The notes under the pieces were generated by a model. The model saw only the letters and a program-made list of their open reading frames with translations, was not told the DNA's origin and did no database searches. The position numbers were made by a program, and so were the translations under genes. A stretch of 46,355 bases of DNA from a bacterium (lineage in GTDB: Bacteria > Desulfobacterota > Binatia > HRBIN30 > CADEER01). Below are positions 18,295 to 26,885 of this stretch, piece by piece. The stretch's first letter is position 1; the number at the start of each line of letters is the position of its first letter. The stretch is taken from NCBI GenBank assembly GCA_039934135.1, contig JBDTMT010000001.1:1-46355 (forward strand), written 5' to 3'.

Positions 18295-18315
18295 CGATTG
18301 GGACTTCCCCCGATG
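18295..18315 (-). promoter_or_regulatory. Island motif copy (CATCGGGGGAAGTCCCAATCG in gene orientation)
   Basis: Ends 102 nt upstream of the 18192 start and is oriented toward it. Core GGAAGTCCC shared with 36851, 37711, 37872; related core at 18526. Confidence 0.5.
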
Positions 18316-18525
18316 GCGGAGCGCGGGCGCGACACCGGCGCGCCATGACCCGATCGCGGACTGGGGTGATCTCGATCGCCACCACGCAGCTCGGCCGGCA
18401 TGTCGATGGACTCGGACGTCGGCGGGCGCCGAGCTCGCACCGCGCCGCGCCAAGTGACGGTGCTGTCTCGGCGCCCGCTCGCCGAAGTTCGGGGTCGTGT
18501 CGCGCCTGGCGGCCGGCGGCGCCAC

Positions 18526-18545
18526 ATTAGGGAAAGTCCGTATTG
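18526..18545 (+). promoter_or_regulatory. Island motif copy (ATTAGGGAAAGTCCGTATTG)
   Basis: 109 nt upstream of the 18655 start, oriented toward it. Followed by TTGTTC, 18 nt, then TAAGAA, which could be -35/-10 elements. Confidence 0.45.
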
Positions 18546-18654
18546 TTCCTTGCGGTATCCGCATCCTAAGAACGCGCCCCATGCCGCCCCATCGATACGC
18601 TGCCGAGGGCCGATCACTGCGTGCGCCGTCCCGTCGCGCGGTGAATGCGTGCGC

Positions 18655-19446
18655 ATGATGGGCGCGCTCCTACTCGGCCTCGCCGCGCTGTTCGTCGTCG
18701 TCTGCGGCTGGAAGCTGGCGCTGCTCGGCGCCGCCATCGGCCGCCTGCGCAGGGTATCCCCGCGCCGGCGCCCGCTGCTGAGTCAGGCGATTCGCGCCCA
18801 CACGCTGCATCTGCTCCTCGCCGGCGTCGGCATCGCATTGCTGCTGATGGCCGAACGGCTACCCGGCGACGTCTATCTGTATGTCGCACCTCCGCCGCAC
18901 CCGATCGCGACAGCCACCGTGGCGACACCCGGCACGCCGCCGCCCACGCCGCCGCCGACCACTCCGCAAGAAGTGCACGCGATGCGGCTGGCGCGCGAGG
19001 AATTTGTCGACTTCCCGCCCTTCGCCCCAGGGTGCGCCTGCGATGACGAGAAAGCTCGGGACGACGAGGAGACGCAGAAGGTAAAGGACCAGCGCGCGCG
19101 CTCGGTCGAGGAAATGGGCCGACGACTGGCGGCCCAGTACAACAGCAACCAGCTGCGCTTCGTGCTTGTCGTCGGCACATTCGACCACACGTCGCTGAGC
19201 CCTGAGACGAACCGCCGCTATGACAGCAACACCGCGCTGGCGCAGGAGCGAGCCGAATGCGTCGCGCAGATGCTCAGGCCACTCCTCGAGCAGAGCGCCG
19301 CGGGCGCGGACTGGGACGAGATCCTGCACACCATGGTTGCCGGACCGCAGCATGCGCGCGGCCGACATCCCACGGAGCTCTTGCGCGCCCGAGATCGCGG
19401 CGTCCGCATTCTGGTCGGCGGCGACACGGTGGAAAGCAGAGGCTGA
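18655..19446 (+). CDS. Two-TM membrane protein with Pro-rich linker and OmpA/MotB-like C-terminal domain (tentative)
   Basis: Start MMGALLLGLAALFVVVCGW (18655). Second helix LHLLLAGVGIALLLMA. PPPTPPPTTP linker. C-terminal VVGTFDHTS...YDSNTALAQERAECVAQML...RDRGVRILV resembles the OmpA-like peptidoglycan-binding pattern. The stop overlaps the next start (TGATG). Confidence 0.5.
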   Translation: MMGALLLGLAALFVVVCGWKLALLGAAIGRLRRVSPRRRPLLSQAIRAHTLHLLLAGVGIALLLMAERLPGDVYLYVAPPPHPIATATVATPGTPPPTPPPTTPQEVHAMRLAREEFVDFPPFAPGCACDDEKARDDEETQKVKDQRARSVEEMGRRLAAQYNSNQLRFVLVVGTFDHTSLSPETNRRYDSNTALAQERAECVAQMLRPLLEQSAAGADWDEILHTMVAGPQHARGRHPTELLRARDRGVRILVGGDTVESRG

Positions 19447-22208
19447 TGACCAATCCAGCACCCCGTGCGCAGGCGCATTCGTCGCGCAGCTACCTGACCG
19501 ACACGTCGACTGAACACGACCGGCTCAATTTCTACGACACCGCGGTACGGGTCGCCGCGCGTCTGTCGCACCCGTCACAGCAGACGCCGCTCAGCGTCGC
19601 CGTCCAGGGCGCGGACGGCAGCGGCAAGACGACGTTCATGCGCTTGATGCGCGCCGCGCTAAAGGAGCAAAACAGCGCCTGCTGGAGCGTGTGGTACGAG
19701 CCCTGGCGTTTCGATACGGCGCGCGATGCCTGGCGCGGGCTGGTCTACGAATTCACCGACACTGTCGGCACCCCTCAGCGTCGCGGCCGGACATGGTTCG
19801 CCTCCGCCAAGGGATTGATGGAGCGGCGCTGGTCGTACGATCTGCTGCAAGCGGTCGAGGACGATCCGGGTGGTCCGGAGGTCACGCGGCAGTTCAGACG
19901 CTATCTCGAGCGCGTCGCCCAGCGCCTGAACGGTGCGCATGGACCGGCATCGCCGCTGGTGGTGGTCTTCATCGATGACCTCGACCGCTGCACGCCGGAG
20001 AGCGCTGCGGCCGTCCTGCAGGCGTCGACGCTCTTGCTGAACAGCCGCGGATTCGTGACGGTCTTCGGCCTCACGCCGGGCGCGTTCAACTCGATCGGCC
20101 GATCGGCCGCCGCCGGTTCCGGCACCAAGACCCGGATCGCCTCGCCCGAGCGCTTCTTCCAGATCGCGTTGCAAGTGCCGACGGTCAGTCGGGCCCAGTT
20201 CCGCGCCTACGTGGACGCGTGCGTCGATCAGAGCGCCTGCCCGTTCGATCGACGCTGGACGGATGTGCTGTCCTGGGTGCTGTTCCCCAGCCCGCGTGAC
20301 GTCAAGCGGTTCCTCAACTACCTGATCTCCGAGTGGGACAAGGCGGACAGTGCCCGGTTGCTGCCGAGCGAGGCATCGATCACCGCGGGCCACTCGACGC
20401 GCCCTGGTACGAACGACCCGAGCGTCGACGATGCGACGACGGCGGCGAGTGGTACGACGCTCGGCACGACGCCGCCAACGCCGAGCCCTCGTGCCGAGGC
20501 GGCCGGCGTGCTGCGCTCGTCCGCCGACGCGGCGCACTCCCAGTTCGTCCTGCTGGCTCTGCTCACGTGGCGCTTCCCCGAGGTCGCCGACTACCTGCGT
20601 GGCGCTCAGGCCGATCCGGACGCCTTCGACCGCCTGGTCCGCGCCGCGCTGCGCGCGGATGCCGAAGATACCGGAATCGAGGTCGCTGCCCCCGGCGATG
20701 CCAAGGAGGGAAGGGAGCACGGATTCCTGGCCGATCCGGCGCTGCGTGGCCTGATGATCGATTCCTTCGGCACGGCCGAAAGGGGGGCGCATCGTCCGAC
20801 CCTTGTTCCGCCGTTCCGGTCCCCGGCCGAGCTCGGTGGCTTGTTGTTCCACTTCGGCGGTGCGCCGTCGGCGGCCGATCCGCTCAGCGGGTCGCTCGGG
20901 CCGGTCAATCCGGAATGGTCGGCCACCACGAGCCTGCAGGAGGCGCGCGACCGCAGCGCGACGCGCGGCGACATGGCGGCGGCGAAGTGGAGCGCCGAGC
21001 TGCTGCAGCGCCGCCAGTCGACCGATGCGATCGTTAGCATCCGTGCCTATCGCGAGCAGGCGCGCAACAACCAGCAGATGGGTCTGCAGGCGGAGTCGCA
21101 CAATCTGGCGAACGAGGCGCTCGCCATCGCCGCGGGCAACAAGGTCTCGGCCGGGCAACGACCGCTTGCGTATGCCGAGGCACACCTCGCCCTCGCGGAA
21201 CACTTCGCCGCCTTCTCGCCGCTCAGCTCGGCGATCGACCAGGCGCAGGAGGCATGGACCTTCGCCCTCGAGGCCAAAGAATCCAACACCCAACTGCAGG
21301 CGCTGATCGCGTTAACGTATGCGCGCAAGCTCGACTGGCAGAATACCCAGGCGATCGCGGACTGCCGGCAGGCCCTCGAGCTGGACGGCAAGACGGGTGG
21401 CCTGCGCGACGTCACGTTGCGGCTTCTGCTGGCCGAGCTGCATCACCGTCAGGCGCGCCAACACCAGCGCGAATGCAAACAGGCCGCATGGCGCGCCGAG
21501 ATCGACGCGGCACTGGCGCAGAGTGCGCTCATCGATGCTGCGATTGCCGCCGCCCCGCGCGACGAGCGCCAGCGGTACGAACGCCTACGCAGGCGGCTGC
21601 TCGACGCGCAGCGCGACGGTCTCACGGCGGATCCCAACACGCCGAGCCAGCCGGTCGCCTTCATCAGCTACGCGCACAAGAATCCGGAGCCCTTCGGCCG
21701 CGTTCGGACGATCCTCGACGCCTGGAGGGTCAGCGGAAAGTTGCACGTGTGGGAGGACACGCAGATCCAGGTCGGCGCGCTCTGGCAACTTGAGATCGAG
21801 AGCGCCCTCGAAGAAGCCACGCATGCGATCATGCTCTCGTCGCCCGAGTACGAGGCATCGGAATTCATCCGTTGGGTCGAGCGCCCGCGCATCAACTCGA
21901 TGTTCAACCGGGGCGACATCACCCTCCTCATCATTCCGCTCGGCGGGGCGGTCACCAAGTCGACGCTGAGCGGCATCCAGTTCCTGTGGCCCCAGCCGCT
22001 CGATTCGTTGGACGAGGCGCATCGCGACGAAGCGTGGAAGGGCATCACGGCGAAGCTCGAGGCCATCTTCAACCCCCCGCCTCCGGCCGGCGGAGGAGTC
22101 ACGGCCACGGCGGCGGCGGGTAGCGAGGTAGGCAACGCCGCGCCCGTCGGGTCAACCGCGTCATCGGCGCCCCCGCCGTCGTCAGACAGGCCGTCCGCCG
22201 GTGGGTGA
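19446..22208 (+). CDS. KAP-family P-loop NTPase with helical-repeat (TPR-like) middle and C-terminal TIR domain
   Basis: Start MTNPAPR (19446). Walker A GADGSGKTT. KAP signature VVVFIDDLDRC and PRDVKRFLNYL. No TM insertion. Repeat-like alpha region. C-terminal TIR: VAFISYAHK...VWEDTQIQVGALWQLEIESALEEATHAIMLSSPEYEASEFIRWVE. Confidence 0.8.
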   Translation: MTNPAPRAQAHSSRSYLTDTSTEHDRLNFYDTAVRVAARLSHPSQQTPLSVAVQGADGSGKTTFMRLMRAALKEQNSACWSVWYEPWRFDTARDAWRGLVYEFTDTVGTPQRRGRTWFASAKGLMERRWSYDLLQAVEDDPGGPEVTRQFRRYLERVAQRLNGAHGPASPLVVVFIDDLDRCTPESAAAVLQASTLLLNSRGFVTVFGLTPGAFNSIGRSAAAGSGTKTRIASPERFFQIALQVPTVSRAQFRAYVDACVDQSACPFDRRWTDVLSWVLFPSPRDVKRFLNYLISEWDKADSARLLPSEASITAGHSTRPGTNDPSVDDATTAASGTTLGTTPPTPSPRAEAAGVLRSSADAAHSQFVLLALLTWRFPEVADYLRGAQADPDAFDRLVRAALRADAEDTGIEVAAPGDAKEGREHGFLADPALRGLMIDSFGTAERGAHRPTLVPPFRSPAELGGLLFHFGGAPSAADPLSGSLGPVNPEWSATTSLQEARDRSATRGDMAAAKWSAELLQRRQSTDAIVSIRAYREQARNNQQMGLQAESHNLANEALAIAAGNKVSAGQRPLAYAEAHLALAEHFAAFSPLSSAIDQAQEAWTFALEAKESNTQLQALIALTYARKLDWQNTQAIADCRQALELDGKTGGLRDVTLRLLLAELHHRQARQHQRECKQAAWRAEIDAALAQSALIDAAIAAAPRDERQRYERLRRRLLDAQRDGLTADPNTPSQPVAFISYAHKNPEPFGRVRTILDAWRVSGKLHVWEDTQIQVGALWQLEIESALEEATHAIMLSSPEYEASEFIRWVERPRINSMFNRGDITLLIIPLGGAVTKSTLSGIQFLWPQPLDSLDEAHRDEAWKGITAKLEAIFNPPPPAGGGVTATAAAGSEVGNAAPVGSTASSAPPPSSDRPSAGG

Positions 22209-22347
22209 ACTGCGTCGTCCGTCGGCGTCTCGGCCGCACGGGGCCTCCGCCGCTGCTTCCCGCGGCCGGGCCCTCTGCCCCCCTCGTAGCGACGGAGAGC
22301 AGGCACGTCGGGAACGGGCAACGAGATCTCCGTGCGGAGCGCTGTGA

Positions 22348-23526
22348 ATGAAACTATGCTTCATTTCATACGCGAGGAACAGCAATCTCGACGGCCGGTT
22401 GACGAAGTTCGTCGAGAAGCTGCAGCAGCAACTCCCGGGGCACCTGCCTCACGGTACTAAGCCCGCCGATGTCGTGTTCTTCGATGTGATGGGCATCGAG
22501 AACGGCGACGAGTGGATGCTGCGTCTAGCGGAAGCCACGCGTCGTTGTCGGGTGTGCGTCTGCTTCTACAGTCCACCGTACTTCACGAGTGAATATAGCG
22601 GGCGAGAGGTGCAGGTGTTCCTGCAACGCGTCCATGATTGGAAGACCACGAATCCCGGGCGGGATGTGCAGGCGATCATCCCGGTCATTTGGAGACCCCA
22701 CCATCCGATCCCTGCCGTCTTGCAGGTATTCCAATACGCTCACCAGGGTCTGCCTCCCGCATACGTCGAAGACGGGTTGCACTCGCTCGCTATGCGAAAA
22801 GGCCAGCGAGACGCGTACAATAGAGTTCTCGAAATCCTTTCTGCACGGATCGCAGCTGCATTGCAGGGCGCGCCCCTACCCGATGGACCGCCGATTGCCT
22901 CGTTCGGACAGGTGGCGAGTGCATTCCACGTTGCGCCGAGCCCAACACGGTACGGTGCGTCTGTGATTCTACTCGCCACCCCGGAACGCCGGATGCAGCC
23001 ATTCGCCGCCGCGGCCGTGTCGCTCGATGTCCTGGTGGAGCGAGTTGCCAACAGAAGTGCGGTGCCGTTTCGCGAGATCAATCTCGGCGCACAGACCGCC
23101 GCCGACGTGGCTGCGTCGCAAGCCGCACGGGAGATGCCGGTGTTGGTCGCGGATCGTGCGTCGCTCAGCTCGCCACTCAACCAGCCGCTCGTTCGGGCTC
23201 TGGCGGCGACCTTTGACGCGTCTGCCACTGTGGTCGTCTTTGGCGATCCATCGCCAAATGCGTCCGATGCGGCCGCGGATCTCCGCGGTCTCATCAGCAC
23301 CGCATTCGTGCCGTGGGGCAGCGGTCTGGGATCGACGTCCTGCCTCGTGGCAACCGATCCGGCGATTTTCGAGTCGGAGCTGGAACGTCGATTGACGAAG
23401 GCTCGCCACGAGCTGATCTCGGCTGACCCGGCTGGGCGCGCTCAGCACTCCGGCTTGGAAGCGGAGGCCGCGGCTCGCGGCATCTCGGTCGGCAGTCAGC
23501 CCGTTCTGGCGAGTCCTGGTGCCTGA
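22348..23526 (+). CDS. TIR-like domain protein (FxsC-like architecture: N-terminal TIR-like domain plus uncharacterised C-domain)
   Basis: MKLCFISYARNSN...VVFFDVMGIENGDEWMLRLAEATRRCRVCVCFYSPPYFTSEYSGREV. Visibly lower GC and GC3 than flanking backbone genes. Confidence 0.7.
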   Translation: MKLCFISYARNSNLDGRLTKFVEKLQQQLPGHLPHGTKPADVVFFDVMGIENGDEWMLRLAEATRRCRVCVCFYSPPYFTSEYSGREVQVFLQRVHDWKTTNPGRDVQAIIPVIWRPHHPIPAVLQVFQYAHQGLPPAYVEDGLHSLAMRKGQRDAYNRVLEILSARIAAALQGAPLPDGPPIASFGQVASAFHVAPSPTRYGASVILLATPERRMQPFAAAAVSLDVLVERVANRSAVPFREINLGAQTAADVAASQAAREMPVLVADRASLSSPLNQPLVRALAATFDASATVVVFGDPSPNASDAAADLRGLISTAFVPWGSGLGSTSCLVATDPAIFESELERRLTKARHELISADPAGRAQHSGLEAEAAARGISVGSQPVLASPGA

Positions 23527-23527
23527 T

Positions 23528-25417
23528 ATGCCGCCACGACGAATTGTAGAGTCGGCGAAGAAAAAGCCGCGCGCGGCCGCCTCGTCCAAGAAATCGGCGC
23601 GCGCGCCCGTCGGGAGAGTCATCACTTTCTATTCCTACAAGGGGGGCACGGGGCGCACGATGGCGCTGGCCAACGTCGCTTGGATTCTGGCCAGCAGCGG
23701 CCGCCGTGTGCTGGTGATCGATTGGGACCTCGAGGCACCCGGTCTGCACCGCTACCTGCATCAATTCCTCGACGACAGCGAAGGTACCAACCGGCCCGGG
23801 CTCATCAACTTCCTGTGGGAGTTTGTCGAGGGGGCTCGCGCGCACGTCGATTCCCCGAAGACCGAGTGGTTCGCATCCTATGCGAACCTCGGGCGCTATG
23901 CCTGTTCGCTGGAGTGGGAGTTCCCGGGAGACGGGACGATCGACTTCATCACCGCTGGCCGTCAGGGTTCGTCGTATGCGTCCAGCGTCACGTCATTCGA
24001 CTGGAACGAATTCTATGAGCGGCTCGGTGGGGGAACCTTCCTGGAGGCGGTCAAGAAGAACCTACGTAGCGAGTATGACTACGTCCTGATCGACAGCCGC
24101 ACCGGCATCTCCGACAGCTCGGGGATTTGTACCATCCAGATGCCCGATGATCTGGTCGTCTGCTTCACGCTCAACACGCAGAGCATCCGCGGCGCGGCGG
24201 CGACTGCGGAATCGGCATTCCAGCAGCGCATTACCCCCAGTCGCGCACCCGGGCTGCGGGTATGGCCCGTGCCCACTCGAGTTGAGCTGGCCGAGCGCGA
24301 TCGACTGGAGCGAGCCCGCGACGAAGTGCGGGCTCGATTTCAGAGATTTCTGCATCATCTGCCAGCGAAGAATCGGGTCGCGTATTGGGGGCGGGTGGAG
24401 GTGCTGTACCAACCCTACTACGCCTACGAGGAGGCACTGGCGGTGCTCACCGACCGCCCACAGCAAGTGGGGTCGCTCTTGCAGTCGTTCGAGCATCTCA
24501 CAAGCTACCTGACCGATGGGTCCGTTGAGTCGCTCGCCAGAGGCGTCGGTCAGACGGGACGGTCGGCTCCGCTTCCACCTGTCGGAGAGGATGTGGGTCC
24601 GTTCTTCGTCAGCTACAGTCGAGCCGATGAGGAATTCGCATCACGCCTGGTTCACGCACTTCGTGACCGGCTGGGATCCGCTTCGGTACTCTGGGATCAG
24701 AATCTCCTCGCCGCGGGCGATCCCTTCGGCGAGAAGCTCGCGGTCGCCATGAACGACGCTCAGGCGGTTCTGCCACTCGTCGGTCCGTCGTACGTCGAGA
24801 GCCCGACGACCGAGAGGGAGATTGCGTACGCGCTCGCCCGCGGCTTGCGAGTCATTCCCTTGCTGCTGCCCGGCGTGACCTGGTCTGACCTCTCCGTGCA
24901 GCGCGAGCCGTTCGAGTCGCTCAGGCGATTCTACGGGTTTGAGTTTGGCAAGGGCCTGCCGTCGACGAAGAAATCCTCCGATCCGCTCCGAGTCGGGAGC
25001 GAGGGCGACGTCGACCAACTGATTGAGTTTCTCCGAACCGCGAGTAGCCGGGGACGAGGCGTGGCGGTGGCGGATCCCGACGATCCGCATCGCGGGCAGT
25101 TCGGTGGCCGCAGCGAGCGGAACGGCTTCACCCTGAGCGCCAGGGTTGCGTCGCTCAGCCGCAGCTGGTTCGAGCTCGAGCTTCGGGTGACACGGTATGG
25201 CGCGCCGACAAGCGATACAGGCGAAGTGGAATTTCATATCCATCCGACGTTCGACCCGCCGGTGCGCCGTGTGCGTGGCGGGAAAGACGGCGCAACACTG
25301 ACGCTCGAGACGTACGGAGCCTTCACGGTTGGTGCGATCGTTCTCGACTCACTCTCGATGTTGGAGCTCGACCTCTCGACGCTCAAGCAGGCGCCTAAGG
25401 TCTTTCGAGAGGGGTGA
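23528..25417 (+). CDS. ParA/MinD-like ATPase with variant Walker A (KGGTGR), fused to a TIR domain and a C-terminal pYEATS-like domain
   Basis: ATG 23528 (alternative GTG at 23519). ITFYSYKGGTGRTMALANVAWILASSGRRVLVIDWDLEAPGL. TIR: FFVSYSRADEEFASRLVHAL...VLWDQNLLAAGDPFGEKL...GPSYVESPTTEREI. C-terminus: DPHRGQFGGRSERNGFTLSARV...VEFHIHPTFDPP...LETYGAFTVGA...LELDL. Confidence 0.75.
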   Translation: MPPRRIVESAKKKPRAAASSKKSARAPVGRVITFYSYKGGTGRTMALANVAWILASSGRRVLVIDWDLEAPGLHRYLHQFLDDSEGTNRPGLINFLWEFVEGARAHVDSPKTEWFASYANLGRYACSLEWEFPGDGTIDFITAGRQGSSYASSVTSFDWNEFYERLGGGTFLEAVKKNLRSEYDYVLIDSRTGISDSSGICTIQMPDDLVVCFTLNTQSIRGAAATAESAFQQRITPSRAPGLRVWPVPTRVELAERDRLERARDEVRARFQRFLHHLPAKNRVAYWGRVEVLYQPYYAYEEALAVLTDRPQQVGSLLQSFEHLTSYLTDGSVESLARGVGQTGRSAPLPPVGEDVGPFFVSYSRADEEFASRLVHALRDRLGSASVLWDQNLLAAGDPFGEKLAVAMNDAQAVLPLVGPSYVESPTTEREIAYALARGLRVIPLLLPGVTWSDLSVQREPFESLRRFYGFEFGKGLPSTKKSSDPLRVGSEGDVDQLIEFLRTASSRGRGVAVADPDDPHRGQFGGRSERNGFTLSARVASLSRSWFELELRVTRYGAPTSDTGEVEFHIHPTFDPPVRRVRGGKDGATLTLETYGAFTVGAIVLDSLSMLELDLSTLKQAPKVFREG

Positions 25418-25423
25418 ACGAGC

Positions 25424-26599
25424 TCACGTCCTTGCGAACGGGCCGAAGTGCGTGGCGACCTCTACCTCGCGTTGGCCGACGGCGCGGCCGATGCGGCGGA
25501 GGCTGTCGATCTGATCGACCGCATCCATCTGTTGCACCGCTTCGGAACGCAGGTCGCCGCAGCCGAGCGCTTCGAGGCCGCCGGGGCTGAGGTCGGCGTT
25601 GTAGCGCACGTAGCGGAAAAGACGTTTGTGGTCGCGCGCTCCGTCCCGCTCATCCTCCGCCGGCAAGACCAGATCGCCCATCTCGCGGTCAATCTCGGCG
25701 CCGTGCACGCAGCGGCCGAAGGTGCGGCAATTCACATCCTGATCGACCTGGATGGCGTACATCAACTCGCTGGGCAGGTTCTGGAGATTGCCGAACAGGT
25801 TGCGTTGCGTGGCGTCGGTCACCCCCGCCGCCGCCCCGGTGCCGACCGAGACGAGCAGCAGGTCCGACTCGCCGGTCTTCCAGTTCAGTCGATAGGCCGG
25901 TTGCGTCGCCATGCGGAACAGCAGGAAGGCGGGGTTGTTGTACGGCGTGACGCCACCGTCGACGAAGACGCGCACGTCGTCCGGCCGCTTGGGATTGAGG
26001 CTAATGATCTCGGGTGGGAAGAAGACGGGTGCCGCCGTGCTGGCACGGACCAGCTGCCAGAGCGGGATGCGCAGATTGCAGTCGTCGCGCTCGCAGTCGT
26101 TGTACTTGGCAAAGGGGTTGCTCGAGATCGGCCACGGGGAGTCTGTGGTGATGTTGCGCGTGACGACCAGCAGCAGGCAGCGCAGTCGATCGCTGGTCAG
26201 GTCGGCGGTGCCGCCGCGTCCGTCGTGGAACACCTTGCGTAGCGTCTGTGCCAGCGGCTCGTCCTTGTAGAGGCTGCCGAGCAGCGAGGTGACGCGCTTT
26301 AGCACCGAGGTCTTGTCGAACATGTCCGCGCCCGAAGAGCGATAGAACGTGAGCAGCTCATCGGTCGACATGCCGATCGCCAGGCCGGCGGCGATGATCG
26401 AGCCGGTGCTGGTGCCGCCGATATAGTCGAAGTAATCGCCGAGCCGCTGGATACCGGTCTCGCGATCGATCTGTCGCTCCATTTCGGCGAGGATCTCCAG
26501 CGTCAGCGCGCCGCGGATGCCGCCGCCGTCGAGAGCCAGGAGCTTGCGCGTTCGCTCGGTGGCGAACCGCTCCCTCAGGTGCTGCGGCCAATCGGTCAT
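25424..26599 (-). CDS. Patatin-like phospholipase
   Basis: LALDGGGIRG oxyanion motif, GGTSTGS nucleophile elbow, FVDGGV Asp motif. Convergent with the previous gene, with a 6-nt gap. Confidence 0.85.
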   Translation of the reverse strand: MTDWPQHLRERFATERTRKLLALDGGGIRGALTLEILAEMERQIDRETGIQRLGDYFDYIGGTSTGSIIAAGLAIGMSTDELLTFYRSSGADMFDKTSVLKRVTSLLGSLYKDEPLAQTLRKVFHDGRGGTADLTSDRLRCLLLVVTRNITTDSPWPISSNPFAKYNDCERDDCNLRIPLWQLVRASTAAPVFFPPEIISLNPKRPDDVRVFVDGGVTPYNNPAFLLFRMATQPAYRLNWKTGESDLLLVSVGTGAAAGVTDATQRNLFGNLQNLPSELMYAIQVDQDVNCRTFGRCVHGAEIDREMGDLVLPAEDERDGARDHKRLFRYVRYNADLSPGGLEALGCGDLRSEAVQQMDAVDQIDSLRRIGRAVGQREVEVATHFGPFART

Positions 26600-26673
26600 G
26601 TGGCGCCTCCTTCGTGTTGATCGCGACCGCTGTAGGAGATGGAAGCGCAGTACCGCGCGACCTCGCCTCGCTG

Positions 26674-26689
26674 CAATCAGGGATATCCC
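26674..26689 (-). promoter_or_regulatory. Possible degenerate island motif (GGGATATCCCTGATTG in patatin orientation; contains the perfect palindrome GGGATATCCC)
   Basis: 74 nt upstream of the patatin start. Matches GGGAAGTCCCAACTTG at 11/16 positions, with the TCCC and TTG blocks at the same spacing. Confidence 0.3.
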
Positions 26690-26770
26690 ATATCGCCATT
26701 GTCGAGCGCATCGGCGAGCGGCCGCTCACGTGCAGGCTGAATCGCACGGTCACATCACAGGAGCACATGC

Positions 26771-26786
26771 GGGTATTCCCCAGTTG
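26771..26786 (+). promoter_or_regulatory. Possible degenerate island motif (GGGTATTCCCCAGTTG)
   Basis: 99 nt upstream of the 26886 start, oriented toward it. Matches GGGAAGTCCCAACTTG at 12/16 positions. Confidence 0.3.
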
Positions 26787-26885
26787 TTAGGCCCGCCGCC
26801 GATCTGACAAAGGCGTTACGCACCCTGCTTGCGCTCGTGTCGAAAGAGCAGGTGCTCGTACGGGACTACATAGCGAGAGGTCTCG

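Noticed and set aside
22307-22325. GTCGGGAACGGGCAACGAG upstream of the TIR-like gene as another island motif copy.
   Set aside because: Only about 10/16 core matches, no GTCC core, and it ends just 22 nt before the ATG. This is too weak to count.
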